A stretch of DNA of 64,000 nucleotides, taken from NCBI GenBank assembly GCA_030688735.1, contig JAUYJC010000630.1, positions 2,262-66,261 on the forward strand. The letters are read 5' to 3'. The notes beneath the pieces are model-generated. The model saw only the letters and a list, made by a program, of their open reading frames with translations, was not told where the DNA came from and made no database searches. Numbering within the stretch: position 1 is the first letter of the stretch; each line of letters opens with the position of its first letter. Origin of the DNA: Deltaproteobacteria bacterium (GTDB lineage Bacteria; Desulfobacterota; Binatia; UBA9968). Shown here piece after piece: positions 8,743-17,587 of the stretch. A program made the position numbers and the translations under genes.

Positions 8743-9210
8743 ATGAGTAAAAAAGCCTTGGTTCTTTCAATCGTCTTGATGGGGTTCGCCGCCGACTACG
8801 CCTACGCGAATGACGCCGGTACGGTCGATACGGCCGTGGTCGTCGTCGATGCAGTGCCACCTATCGTGGTCGCAACGACGCCGCCCGCCGACGAGGATAG
8901 TGTCGTCGACAGTGCGAAGGGCGCCATTACGTCGCTCAAGGGTGGCAAAGCCATCCTCGGGCTCGGGTTCATCGCGTTGTTCCTGGGCGCGGTAGGCCGC
9001 AAGCTCGTGGGCTTGAAGTGGAATTTCTGGAAGTCAAAAGCAGGTGGCTACACAATCGCCGTGTTTTCCGGCTTGACCCTGTTTGGCACCGGAACAATTT
9101 CCAACGGTAGCTTCAGCCTCGATGTGCTGCTGAATTCCGTGGTCGTTGTTCTCGTCGCCATGGGTCTGCATGGTCCAGCGAAGTCAGCTAAAGCGGCTGC
9201 GACCAAGTGA
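8743..9210 (+). CDS. multi-pass membrane protein with N-terminal signal-like segment (possible holin)
   Basis: ATG 8743 gives MSKKALVLSIVLMGFAADYAYA followed by about three hydrophobic helices. It lies immediately upstream of the spanin pair. Confidence 0.5.
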   Translation: MSKKALVLSIVLMGFAADYAYANDAGTVDTAVVVVDAVPPIVVATTPPADEDSVVDSAKGAITSLKGGKAILGLGFIALFLGAVGRKLVGLKWNFWKSKAGGYTIAVFSGLTLFGTGTISNGSFSLDVLLNSVVVVLVAMGLHGPAKSAKAAATK

Positions 9211-9632
9211 TCGCTGCGGTCATTGCCATTGCAGGAGTAGCCGCGGGCCTCACGGGGCTTGCGGCTGCTCTCACGTATCTGTGGAACGTGGCCAACAACC
9301 GGACTTTGAGCAGCAAAGACAGCCTGCACAACGCTAATTTGCTCAATAGCCGACTGGAATTGCAGCACGAAGGGACGCTCCATGCTCTCAAAGTCAAAGA
9401 AAACGAGTGCAAGCGATTGGCCGCTGCCCTCAGTGAAAGCGATGAAGCCTATCGAGAAATCGTTGAACTCAACATCCAAGATCCTGCTAGTGCTCTGCGC
9501 TTGGCTCTTAGTCGTCTGGAGCGGCTGCGGAACGTGGAATTGCCCAAAGCCTCCGAAGCCACTACCACCGAAGGTGGTGACGGTGACGACCCCGTGCATG
9601 GACAAGATCCCAATTCTCCCTCTGAAGGCTGA
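9207..9632 (+). CDS. i-spanin (Rz-like)
   Basis: 141 aa. N-terminal TM helix (IAAVIAIAGVAAGLTGLAAAL), then a coiled-coil periplasmic part. A lipoprotein ORF is embedded out of frame. Confidence 0.65.
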   Translation: MIAAVIAIAGVAAGLTGLAAALTYLWNVANNRTLSSKDSLHNANLLNSRLELQHEGTLHALKVKENECKRLAAALSESDEAYREIVELNIQDPASALRLALSRLERLRNVELPKASEATTTEGGDGDDPVHGQDPNSPSEG

Positions 9633-9744
9633 AGACGTTCCCGAGACCATCGACGACGCCACGATTTTGGCTCTCGTGCAGAGCTTCGTGATCTTGACGG
9701 CCTACACCGCGACGCAGTATCAAAAGTGTGCAAGTGACAAGTGA
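9442..9744 (+). CDS. o-spanin (Rz1-like lipoprotein), overlapped architecture
   Basis: ATG 9442 in the +1 frame of the i-spanin gene. Signal peptide ends VVWSGC (lipobox-like) and the mature part is Pro-rich (PKPPKPLPPK). It extends past the i-spanin stop. Confidence 0.6.
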   Translation: MKPIEKSLNSTSKILLVLCAWLLVVWSGCGTWNCPKPPKPLPPKVVTVTTPCMDKIPILPLKAEDVPETIDDATILALVQSFVILTAYTATQYQKCASDK

Positions 9745-9747
9745 CAA

Positions 9748-10242
9748 GTGAGTAGACGGTGCTCCTATCGTGACGACTATGGGCGCTGCCAGAGGCACGG
9801 ATGGGGCGACCCTGCTCTATGCCGGGCACACTCGCTCAGCGCGCTCTTGGAAGAGGAAGAGCCAATCCCGCTATGGATGCGAGCCGGGATTGAGATGCTG
9901 GATCGTCAAGTCAGCCAATCAAGTAGCCAGGTGGTTCGTGGTTTTCGCGACCGCTTGGGCGATTTCCTTGCCGGTGCTGTCGGTGACATCGCTACGGCTC
10001 CTCGAGCGCCGCGACCTGAGCCTCGCCGAGCCGCTCCCCCACCGCCGCCTCCACCGCCGCCGGCTCCGAAAGAAGATCCGCGCGAAGTTCTCGGATTTCC
10101 GCCTAATCTTCCTCTCACTAAGGAGGTCATCAAGAGCCGCCAGCGAGAGTTATCCAAGCTATTTCACCCAGATAGGAACGGATCGCTGGCTGCCATGCAG
10201 CGAGTCAACGCTGCGACCAAAGAACTACTGGCTAAGCTATAG
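9748..10242 (+). CDS. J-domain (DnaJ-like) protein
   Basis: The C-terminal ~60 aa read EVLGFP...IKSRQRELSKLFHPDRNG...AATKELLAKL, with the HPD tripeptide. A poly-Pro linker precedes it. GTG start. Confidence 0.7.
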   Translation: MSRRCSYRDDYGRCQRHGWGDPALCRAHSLSALLEEEEPIPLWMRAGIEMLDRQVSQSSSQVVRGFRDRLGDFLAGAVGDIATAPRAPRPEPRRAAPPPPPPPPPAPKEDPREVLGFPPNLPLTKEVIKSRQRELSKLFHPDRNGSLAAMQRVNAATKELLAKL

Positions 10243-10303
10243 AATTTGGGCTGGTTACGGCTATACTCTGGGGGCAGCTCTCCGGGCAAGGCTAGAAGCC
10301 GCC

Positions 10304-10918
10304 ATGCTGCCGACAACATTCGACGCACTGTTCATACGACACGCCAGCGGCGTGCCGCTCAACTTGATGAGGGCTCTCACTCAGCGAGAGTCTGGCTTCA
10401 ATCCGAGCGATTCGTCGGGTCCGGCATGGGGTCTCATGCAGATCACCGAGGTTGTGCGCAATGCCTACAACTCGGCGTATCGAACCGCGTATTCCCGCAG
10501 TGACCTTCTCTCCCCTGAAGTGAACGTGGTGATGGCGGGCGACCTCCTAAAGAGGATTGCCCAGGCTTACAACAAGCACCCGTCGCCGAACATGAAGATC
10601 GACTGGAACAACCCCGAGTTCGTCAAGCTCGTGATTGCCGGTTGGAATTCGGGCTACTCCGAAGGTGGCGGCGTGGGTCGAGTCGCCAGATATCTGGAGG
10701 GCAATGGCATCCCGGTGACACACGACAACGTTTTCGCCTACGCCGCAGCGGCCGGGGCCACAACCCAGCTTCAGAAATCAGCGAAGCAAGCATGGCAACG
10801 AAGTGTCGTGGATTTGTACTTCGCCGAGGGTGGTGACAAAGCCGGAGTAGGCTCGGTCGTGTTATACGCTCTCATCACACTCGGCGTCACTTACGGCGTG
10901 TATCGGTATTTCAGCTAG
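10304..10918 (+). CDS. lytic transglycosylase (SLT domain) with C-terminal TM anchor
   Basis: LTQRESGFNP (catalytic Glu), GLMQIT and YN motifs. C-terminal VVLYALITLGVTYGVY helix. The ATG at 10304 is chosen inside listed ORF 9770..10918. Confidence 0.8.
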   Translation: MLPTTFDALFIRHASGVPLNLMRALTQRESGFNPSDSSGPAWGLMQITEVVRNAYNSAYRTAYSRSDLLSPEVNVVMAGDLLKRIAQAYNKHPSPNMKIDWNNPEFVKLVIAGWNSGYSEGGGVGRVARYLEGNGIPVTHDNVFAYAAAAGATTQLQKSAKQAWQRSVVDLYFAEGGDKAGVGSVVLYALITLGVTYGVYRYFS

Positions 10919-10926
10919 GAGTCATC

Positions 10927-11406
10927 ATGGCGTCGAACAACAAAAAAGGGTTGCGTCGAGCACTCACCAATATGGGTGGAGCGGGAATGCGCGAGATGGC
11001 TAAGAATCTCGCCGACCCTGGCGAAGCAGGTCGCTCGCAGCCTGGTCAAGTCATCGTTCCGCAGACCACACAGCAGACCGTGGTCAAGGGGCGCACGGAC
11101 ATCTTCACGCACTTCACGACTGCTGGTGGTCAGGCTTTGGTGTTCTCGGCGCCGAAGTGGACAAAGGTACAGCTTTTGCTCGAAACGGCTGGCCCCGTGG
11201 TATTTGGCACACGGGAAAACATCCTTCCCGTACTCGGTGGCAAAGGTGCGTTGCTACTGACGAACATACCTCGCGAATTCACGTTAAGCCCTGGTGATCG
11301 TCTCTACATCGCGGCGACAGCGGGAAACCGGGTACAGATATTCACTGAGCCGTACCCGTGGCTCGAGCAGATGGTCAACTCCCTCAGCGCGCTGATTGGA
11401 AGGTAG
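10927..11406 (+). CDS. hypothetical protein
   Basis: 159-aa ORF with AGGAG upstream. Confidence 0.7.
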   Translation: MASNNKKGLRRALTNMGGAGMREMAKNLADPGEAGRSQPGQVIVPQTTQQTVVKGRTDIFTHFTTAGGQALVFSAPKWTKVQLLLETAGPVVFGTRENILPVLGGKGALLLTNIPREFTLSPGDRLYIAATAGNRVQIFTEPYPWLEQMVNSLSALIGR

Positions 11407-11409
11407 AAA

Positions 11410-12249
11410 ATGAGCATCCTACAACTCGCAAGCGCGTCGAATGCCATCATCAACGAAGGCCAGAAGTTCTACCGAATCAATCAGCCAGCTCTTGGCAACG
11501 GTGACATCTTCGAGGTGGATCAATCCGTCAAGGCTATCGTCGTTGGTCCTCTGAGTGATTTTGCTGAGTATTCAGTTTACTACTACGATCCCATTACTGA
11601 TTTGGCTGTGAACCTAGCGACAATCAGTAGTGATCAACCATTCATTGGCGATCTATTAGTGCGCCTTGATCAACAGTATCGCGGAGCCCGGGGGCTGTCT
11701 GGCAAAATTATCGTCACAACAAAAGATCTATACATACCGACTGCATTTGCTGGTGCTATTGCGCCGAGCACGAGCGATATCTTCCCCCCGAACATTGATT
11801 TACTGTTCTACACAACCCCTCCGAACACTATTCCTGATAAGCGGCCTTCAAGGGTGATTAGAACGGCGATTTCTGCCGCTGCTGCTGTTGCGGTCCACTC
11901 ATTTCATTTTCCGTCTTATGGGCGACGTATTATCAGCATCTCTCTAGTGGATGCGAGTTCAGCTATCGCAGCATCACTTTCAGTGTCAGGAACCAACTTC
12001 GCGTACCCATCAGGAGATTTTTATTCGGATACGGTTCCTATGATAGCAACGCTTGGTGGGACTACCGCGATGACGCCTGGCGGTATCTCGGGAATGACCT
12101 ACAACGCTGAAACCCCCGCTGCAATTGCGGGGGGTGGGACTCGTGGTTATTGGGACTATATTACCGCCAACATTATATCGGATTTTGACATTAACCCACC
12201 GACTTCAGTACGCGGTGATCTTCAGATTTTCTTCAGTGCTAAGGACTAA
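11410..12249 (+). CDS. hypothetical protein (beta-rich, possibly virion-associated)
   Basis: 279-aa ORF, tightly spaced with its neighbours. Confidence 0.7.
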   Translation: MSILQLASASNAIINEGQKFYRINQPALGNGDIFEVDQSVKAIVVGPLSDFAEYSVYYYDPITDLAVNLATISSDQPFIGDLLVRLDQQYRGARGLSGKIIVTTKDLYIPTAFAGAIAPSTSDIFPPNIDLLFYTTPPNTIPDKRPSRVIRTAISAAAAVAVHSFHFPSYGRRIISISLVDASSAIAASLSVSGTNFAYPSGDFYSDTVPMIATLGGTTAMTPGGISGMTYNAETPAAIAGGGTRGYWDYITANIISDFDINPPTSVRGDLQIFFSAKD

Positions 12250-12252
12250 AAA

Positions 12253-12603
12253 ATGCCACTCGCCGGAAACATTCTCCAGATGCAGCAATATGCACTTCAA
12301 AACACCTGGGATCGCTACCTGGCGCCGGTTGTTCTACGCACACGGATCGTGTCATGGCGCGACAACGGTCTATCAGAACTCGACGACAATATTGCGGAAC
12401 AAGCTGAGACCATGCGATGGCTCGTTCCGACCTCTTTTTTGATCCAGCGTCTACCCATATCAACAACCTCTCAGAATCTCGCTCATGTTGAGCAGGTCAT
12501 CGAGATCCTATCTAGGACCATCGAGCGCATCCGCGACCTCACCCTGACCGTTCCGCAGACCGCGGCAATCATCACCGCCTACAACACTGCCTTCGCGGTC
12601 TAA
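12253..12603 (+). CDS. hypothetical protein
   Basis: 116-aa ORF. Confidence 0.65.
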   Translation: MPLAGNILQMQQYALQNTWDRYLAPVVLRTRIVSWRDNGLSELDDNIAEQAETMRWLVPTSFLIQRLPISTTSQNLAHVEQVIEILSRTIERIRDLTLTVPQTAAIITAYNTAFAV

Positions 12604-12607
12604 GCCC

Positions 12608-13189
12608 GTGACCGCCCTCACGACCTCACAGACAGTCTTCGTCAACCCTATCCCAAGACACAAGGATGGGCGAGCGCCGAGCATTTCAAGTGGGTTTCGT
12701 GAGAGCAATCGGCCTGAGCATGGTGGCGTTGACATCATGTATCGCCGGAACCCCTGTGGTACCGCGAAGCTGCCTGAGCAATCGAAGTGTTACGAGATAG
12801 GCAACGTCCCCGTGTTCGCCTACGGGCCTGGAGTCGTCGCAGAGAGTTCGCAGCCATCTAAGGGCGGCTACATCGTCATCGACCATCCGCTAGGCTGGCG
12901 AAGCCAGTACATGCACCTGATTCGACGAGATGTGAAAGCGGGCGAGCGCGTCACTGCGGGGCAACGAATTGGCCTTGTCGGCTATGACACGAGCCCTGGG
13001 GGCTACAAGCTCAACCATCTACATTTCCAGCTCCGTTACGAGGGGAATCTCGTGGACCCTGGGATCTACCTACGCAACGCTCCAATTCTGCCCTGGCCCT
13101 CGATGTTGAGTGGTTCGGCGATCATCTACGTCGGCATTTTGGCGGTGTTCGTCGCCGGCTTTTGGTACTTCACAGGACGAAGGGGATAG
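12608..13189 (+). CDS. M23 (LytM-type) metallopeptidase with C-terminal TM anchor
   Basis: HGGVDI, then GGYIVIDH and LNHLHFQL (HxH) motifs. C-terminal IIYVGILAVFVAGFWYF helix. GTG start. Confidence 0.8.
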   Translation: MTALTTSQTVFVNPIPRHKDGRAPSISSGFRESNRPEHGGVDIMYRRNPCGTAKLPEQSKCYEIGNVPVFAYGPGVVAESSQPSKGGYIVIDHPLGWRSQYMHLIRRDVKAGERVTAGQRIGLVGYDTSPGGYKLNHLHFQLRYEGNLVDPGIYLRNAPILPWPSMLSGSAIIYVGILAVFVAGFWYFTGRRG

Positions 13190-13191
13190 AG

Positions 13192-13734
13192 ATGGCAACG
13201 AGATTACAACTCATCGCATTACACGCCACAGAGGCCGCCGACAACATCGTAGAAGGGGCGTTTCAACAATCCAACATCGCAGGAACCGGACACGAAAAGC
13301 ACTGGGAGCTTCAACGGCACCACTCTGATCTCATTAGGGACCGAACCGCTCTCAAAGAGCTACGAGCCATAATTATTTCTGTGTGGCGGGCTGGCGATAT
13401 TGGGAAGGATCGAGTCGAACAGATAGATGCTTGGATTGATGAAGTCGGCGTGTGGATAACAAGCATAAAAAACGGGCTGAATGGAAAGCCTAGAAGCAAC
13501 CCGTCATACACACAGGAGAAGTTCGGCTCCAGTAAAAAGCACGCTACTCAATTTATACGCGAGTACAGGGACGGGGACACGATCCCTAACTCTCTGGACT
13601 CCATATCCGAGTACGTTGCGCGCTACACCGACGACGATGGTGATGCTTCGATCTTCGGAGAAGAGATACATGAGGCGCTCTATAATCTAGGTTGGGAAGA
13701 AGATCAAAGAGCCGGTATCTACGTCAAGGGCTAA
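13192..13734 (+). CDS. hypothetical protein
   Basis: ATG at 13192 inside listed ORF 13162..13734; product starts MATRLQLIALH. Confidence 0.65.
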   Translation: MATRLQLIALHATEAADNIVEGAFQQSNIAGTGHEKHWELQRHHSDLIRDRTALKELRAIIISVWRAGDIGKDRVEQIDAWIDEVGVWITSIKNGLNGKPRSNPSYTQEKFGSSKKHATQFIREYRDGDTIPNSLDSISEYVARYTDDDGDASIFGEEIHEALYNLGWEEDQRAGIYVKG

Positions 13735-13740
13735 GATGCG

Positions 13741-13941
13741 ATGGGCATCCTCCAAGGCATTGCTGGGCTCTTCAATGTAGCGACCGGTAGAGACCCGGCG
13801 TCGCCGGCTTTGGTGCAGGAGCGTCTCATGATCTGCACTCGGTGCCCGTACCGTTCTAGGGTGCGATGCCACGAGTGTGGTTGTCTGATTCATGCCAAGG
13901 CGAGATTGAAATCCGAGCACTGCCCGAGAGGATATTGGTAA
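13741..13941 (+). CDS. small Cys-rich protein
   Basis: 66 aa; CTRCPY...CHECGC...HCPRGYW. Confidence 0.55.
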   Translation: MGILQGIAGLFNVATGRDPASPALVQERLMICTRCPYRSRVRCHECGCLIHAKARLKSEHCPRGYW

Positions 13942-14381
13942 TGCCCGTCTTCAAACCAAAAAAGCTCTACGTCAAGCTCAAAGCTGCTACGTCGGAGCTT
14001 CCTCCACTGCCTCCGATCAACACTCCCTCCGCAGTGATAGGGGCAGCGCAAAAAGTCATCGGTGACAACGCCTATGAGACTTTCCTTGTTCTGTACTTGA
14101 ACAACCAAAACAACGTCTTCGCCTACGAAGAGTTCACTGATGGTGGCCTATCCAGCGTTACAGTTCACCCGTCCACGGTGATTCGCAACGCGGTAATAAT
14201 CGGCGCGCGAGCAATTATCACAGTTCACCAACACCCTTCGGGTATCAACACTCCGAGCGATGACGACCTCCGACTGTGGAAAAAGCTCAAAGAGCAGGCT
14301 GATTTCATGGATCTGGCTTTGCTTGACAACTTCATCATCACTGACAGTGGGTACTACTCAGAGATGGAGAACGGGAGATGA
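13941..14381 (+). CDS. radC: RadC-like JAB/MPN domain protein
   Basis: IITVHQHPSGINTPSDDDLRLWKKL matches the RadC HxHPSG...PS..D signature. ATG 13941 (TAATG overlap). Confidence 0.85.
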   Translation: MPVFKPKKLYVKLKAATSELPPLPPINTPSAVIGAAQKVIGDNAYETFLVLYLNNQNNVFAYEEFTDGGLSSVTVHPSTVIRNAVIIGARAIITVHQHPSGINTPSDDDLRLWKKLKEQADFMDLALLDNFIITDSGYYSEMENGR

Positions 14382-14986
14382 AGTACAAGATTCCAGAAGA
14401 GCGTGGGATTCGTCTTCGTGCAAATCCACCATACCTATTCCACGTCACAAGCTACCATCACCTCGCTAACATCGCGGAGCACGGGCTACATTACGAAAAG
14501 CGACAAGGACGAAGTATCGGAACAGCTGCTTACGACTTCAACCGGAAAGATAGCATCTTTCTCACCGAGGCCGATGGCATTGGCTATTGGGCCGAGCGGC
14601 TCGAAGCCTTCATCGAACATAACGTCGAAGACCCAAAGTACCCCATGGGGTATGAGGACGAAGAAGACATGCCTATGTTCCCTGTGGTCTTGCGTATAAG
14701 CGGACTCAAAGAAGACGAGCTTCATATCGACGATGTAGGAACCCGAGACGCGCTCGCAAACGCCTACAAAACCTCGGTGCGGATCGAAACGATAGACATC
14801 GAACTCTGGGATGGTGAAGATTGGGTGCCGATTGAGGATTATGACGAACTCATAGACACCGATGCGCCGTTCGAGTCGGACTCAGACACCGACGATGGGG
14901 AAGAGGTTGAGTACAATTTTTTGAAATCTGAGCAACCCTACATCGAGGGCGCCGAGGAAAACGCTGACGCCGAGGGAATAGAATGA
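14378..14986 (+). CDS. hypothetical protein (weak ADP-ribosyltransferase/Tpt1-like N-terminal pattern)
   Basis: 202 aa. YLFHVTSYHHLANIAEHGL...IFLTEA resembles the H-x-T...GL start of ART-fold proteins. Acidic C-terminus. The functional call is speculative. Confidence 0.6.
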   Translation: MKYKIPEERGIRLRANPPYLFHVTSYHHLANIAEHGLHYEKRQGRSIGTAAYDFNRKDSIFLTEADGIGYWAERLEAFIEHNVEDPKYPMGYEDEEDMPMFPVVLRISGLKEDELHIDDVGTRDALANAYKTSVRIETIDIELWDGEDWVPIEDYDELIDTDAPFESDSDTDDGEEVEYNFLKSEQPYIEGAEENADAEGIE

Positions 14987-16650
14987 GTAAGCACCACGTC
15001 ACAATTGGCAAGAGCTACCACGTCTACGGCAAGATGCCTGGCATGAGCAAGTACATGCCTATGGACGGGGAGCGGTTCACGAACAAGCTCATCTACGCCG
15101 AGGTCTTCTACATCAGCGACGAAGACGCGAAGCAGGACTTCCTTGAGCTGCTCAACGACCTCAACGAACAGGGCAAGTTCGAGGCGCGGGAAACAGACTT
15201 CCATAGCAGTGTGAAGCCGAACCCGTACCGCGGTGGTCAACCAGATCTGTTTGAAGAGGGCGACACAGGTGAATACGTTGCGCTCGAAGACATGACGGAC
15301 GAAGAGATCCTGGCGCTGCCGAAGAGTGCTTTCAACGAAGATGAGTGGAACAGCCTGGAGTGGGCTGTGCAAAAGCGGATCTCCAAGAACGAACCGCCGA
15401 CTCCCCGTGACTCCATCTCAAACGTGAACAACTGGGATGTCAGTTATGGTGCTGTCTACTCAACTCATGACTGGGCCTGTGATCTCTACGACAACATCTA
15501 CATCGAGCAATCGTGGCTTAAAGAGGAGATCCCTGGTGTTATCGAGAGTGACCTCGATATTGCTTGGGAAAATCACGTAAGCTCCGACGCAAAAGACTAC
15601 CTTGATTCTGACGGCATCCGCACACTAATCACTTCAAAAAAGAACTACGCGACCTATGAAACTGAATCCACGCAAATTGGCCTAGAACTCGTCGCCGATG
15701 TAATCTGGACCAACATAGACTCCGAAGTCGCCGAGGCGCTTGGTAAAAAAGCTCCAGAAAGCGAAGAAGGGACCATCGACAAAGAGCGAGCGATCTACAC
15801 ATTTGACGATGGTGCCTATGTTGTCAAGCTCACGCCCGGAGAGTTGTACCGAGAAGGCAGCAAACAGAAGCACTGCATTGGTAGGCCAGAGCAACCGTAT
15901 CTAGGCATGGTCACGAAAGGGGAGGCCGCAGCCTATTCGCTACGCGACGCCAACGGAGAGAGAGTGCTAACAGCTTTCGCCGAGCTTGATGACGACGGAA
16001 ATCCCGTCCGCATGAAGCAGATCAAAGGAAAGGCGAACCGCAAACCCGGGACGGATAATATGGCCGGGCAGATCGGTAAAAAGGGATTCCGGCAAGCCGA
16101 GGTGGATCATGCTCTTGAGTTTCTCAAGTACCTTGACATTAGCCCGGAGAGTATCCCAGACCTCGAACCCGCACTCCACTACATGAAGACGGGTGAGAAG
16201 AAGACGTGGGACAAATACAACCCCAGTAGCTCGTGTCCCGGCTGCGGTGGCAATGCTGTCGGCTTCTGCGCTCGGAATCCTCCCGATGACGACTCAGGAG
16301 AGCGACCCTTTGATGATATGGAGGATGTGATTCTTAAGCAAATTGATCGGAAAATCGATGAGGGTGGTGGTTGGGCTGCAATAAAAGGGCTACCTGGTGG
16401 AAAAGATTTTGTATGGGATCTCATTGATCAAGGCATTCTTGAAGAAGAAGGCGGCTACATTCGCCGCGCAAATCATAGCAATCCACCCCGCCATTTCGAG
16501 GCTAGCCTCACACCCAAGGGGCTCGCGATGATGAAGGACATCGAAAAGATCGCCAAAGGCAACTTCCGCTACCGCGGTCGCGAGGCCGACGTGGCCTATG
16601 AGACGGTGCTAGGGCGAGCGAAACACGGGGCCAAGGGGCTCGTGAGGTAG
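14983..16650 (+). CDS. large protein with PcfJ-like central domain
   Basis: 555 aa. KHCIGRPEQPYLGMVTKGEAAAYSLRD...MKQIKGKANRKP resembles the PcfJ family as I remember it. Confidence 0.65.
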   Translation: MSKHHVTIGKSYHVYGKMPGMSKYMPMDGERFTNKLIYAEVFYISDEDAKQDFLELLNDLNEQGKFEARETDFHSSVKPNPYRGGQPDLFEEGDTGEYVALEDMTDEEILALPKSAFNEDEWNSLEWAVQKRISKNEPPTPRDSISNVNNWDVSYGAVYSTHDWACDLYDNIYIEQSWLKEEIPGVIESDLDIAWENHVSSDAKDYLDSDGIRTLITSKKNYATYETESTQIGLELVADVIWTNIDSEVAEALGKKAPESEEGTIDKERAIYTFDDGAYVVKLTPGELYREGSKQKHCIGRPEQPYLGMVTKGEAAAYSLRDANGERVLTAFAELDDDGNPVRMKQIKGKANRKPGTDNMAGQIGKKGFRQAEVDHALEFLKYLDISPESIPDLEPALHYMKTGEKKTWDKYNPSSSCPGCGGNAVGFCARNPPDDDSGERPFDDMEDVILKQIDRKIDEGGGWAAIKGLPGGKDFVWDLIDQGILEEEGGYIRRANHSNPPRHFEASLTPKGLAMMKDIEKIAKGNFRYRGREADVAYETVLGRAKHGAKGLVR

Positions 16651-16820
16651 TGAAGATCCACACCAAAAACGTCTCCGACCCGAAGACGTGCCACGAGTGC
16701 TCAAAGGCAATCGGCCGGCACGTCATCGAGATGGCCATCTGTAAGGTCGCGCTCTGCGACTTCTGTTTCCACAAACTCGAAGAGAGCTTAGAGCGGTACC
16801 GGGACGAGTTTTGGGATTGA
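16650..16820 (+). CDS. small zinc-binding protein (56 aa), tentative
   Basis: GTG overlapping the upstream TAG; CHECS...CDFC pairs. Under 60 aa, so absent from the ORF track. Confidence 0.4.
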   Translation: MKIHTKNVSDPKTCHECSKAIGRHVIEMAICKVALCDFCFHKLEESLERYRDEFWD

Positions 16821-16847
16821 TATGACCGAAGACGAGTTTGAAACCGC

Positions 16848-17381
16848 GTGGGGGATTGGAACTGGCACGATGGCGGCATGGAGATGCTCATCTCCCTCGA
16901 AGACCAGGGGTACAAGTGGCAATACTTCATCCCCGGTGGCATTGGTTTCATTCCTGAAGACATTGGCGTGGACGCCTACGCCCTCATCACCGACGAATTC
17001 CCTCACGGCGATATTCTTCTCACGAAAAAGCTTATCAATCCGCGCATCACAATAGAGCACGGCATCAAGGCCATCGGCTACGACACCAAAAAGAAGATGG
17101 CCGTCGAGAACATCCTGTACTTCTTCCGGGACGGCAGCCCCATCGAAGTATCCTCGCGCGACGGTCTACAAGCGGCGCTCGTGCATCCTGCCACACGCAA
17201 AGACATCATGTTCCAGGGCAGTATGTTCGACGAGTATGATCCATATTCCCACGTCGAAGGCAACTCCCAGCGACGAGTCGTTGAGCAACTCATCGAATAC
17301 TCCCTAACTCGCCCCGACCCGGGAGCGGTTGAGAGAATTTTTAGGTACCGGGAGAATCCGGTGTCTAGCTGCCTGCGCTAG
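16848..17381 (+). CDS. hypothetical protein
   Basis: 177-aa ORF with a GTG start. The ATG at 16822 lies in another frame just upstream of a G5 run, so the start is uncertain. Confidence 0.6.
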   Translation: MGDWNWHDGGMEMLISLEDQGYKWQYFIPGGIGFIPEDIGVDAYALITDEFPHGDILLTKKLINPRITIEHGIKAIGYDTKKKMAVENILYFFRDGSPIEVSSRDGLQAALVHPATRKDIMFQGSMFDEYDPYSHVEGNSQRRVVEQLIEYSLTRPDPGAVERIFRYRENPVSSCLR

Positions 17382-17587
17382 ATCTTCGCCGGCAACAGAT
17401 CGAGCATCCGGGCAATGGCCGGTAAATGCCGTTTAGCTAGGTACGGGGTCCGACAGACCTTGCCGTCGCGCATAAACTCTTTCGCAAACATCACCGTGCG
17501 CTGGTTGCGAACCTTGTCGTCGGTGACGACGCAGATGACCTCACCCTCGCGGATGACCTCGCACTCAATGTAACGGTCGTCGCTCAC
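17378..17587 (-). CDS. small protein downstream of the integrase (excisionase-position gene, function unknown)
   Basis: GTG at 17587 overlaps the integrase stop (TAGTG); 69 aa. The listed ORF 17378..17716 extends back into the integrase. Confidence 0.45.
   Translation of the reverse strand: MSDDRYIECEVIREGEVICVVTDDKVRNQRTVMFAKEFMRDGKVCRTPYLAKRHLPAIARMLDLLPAKI

Noticed and set aside
9770-10303. The N-terminal 178 codons of the 382-aa ORF 9770..10918.
   Set aside because: They overlap the J-domain gene out of frame and give an Arg/Ser/Leu-rich low-quality sequence. The SLT domain begins right after the internal ATG at 10304.
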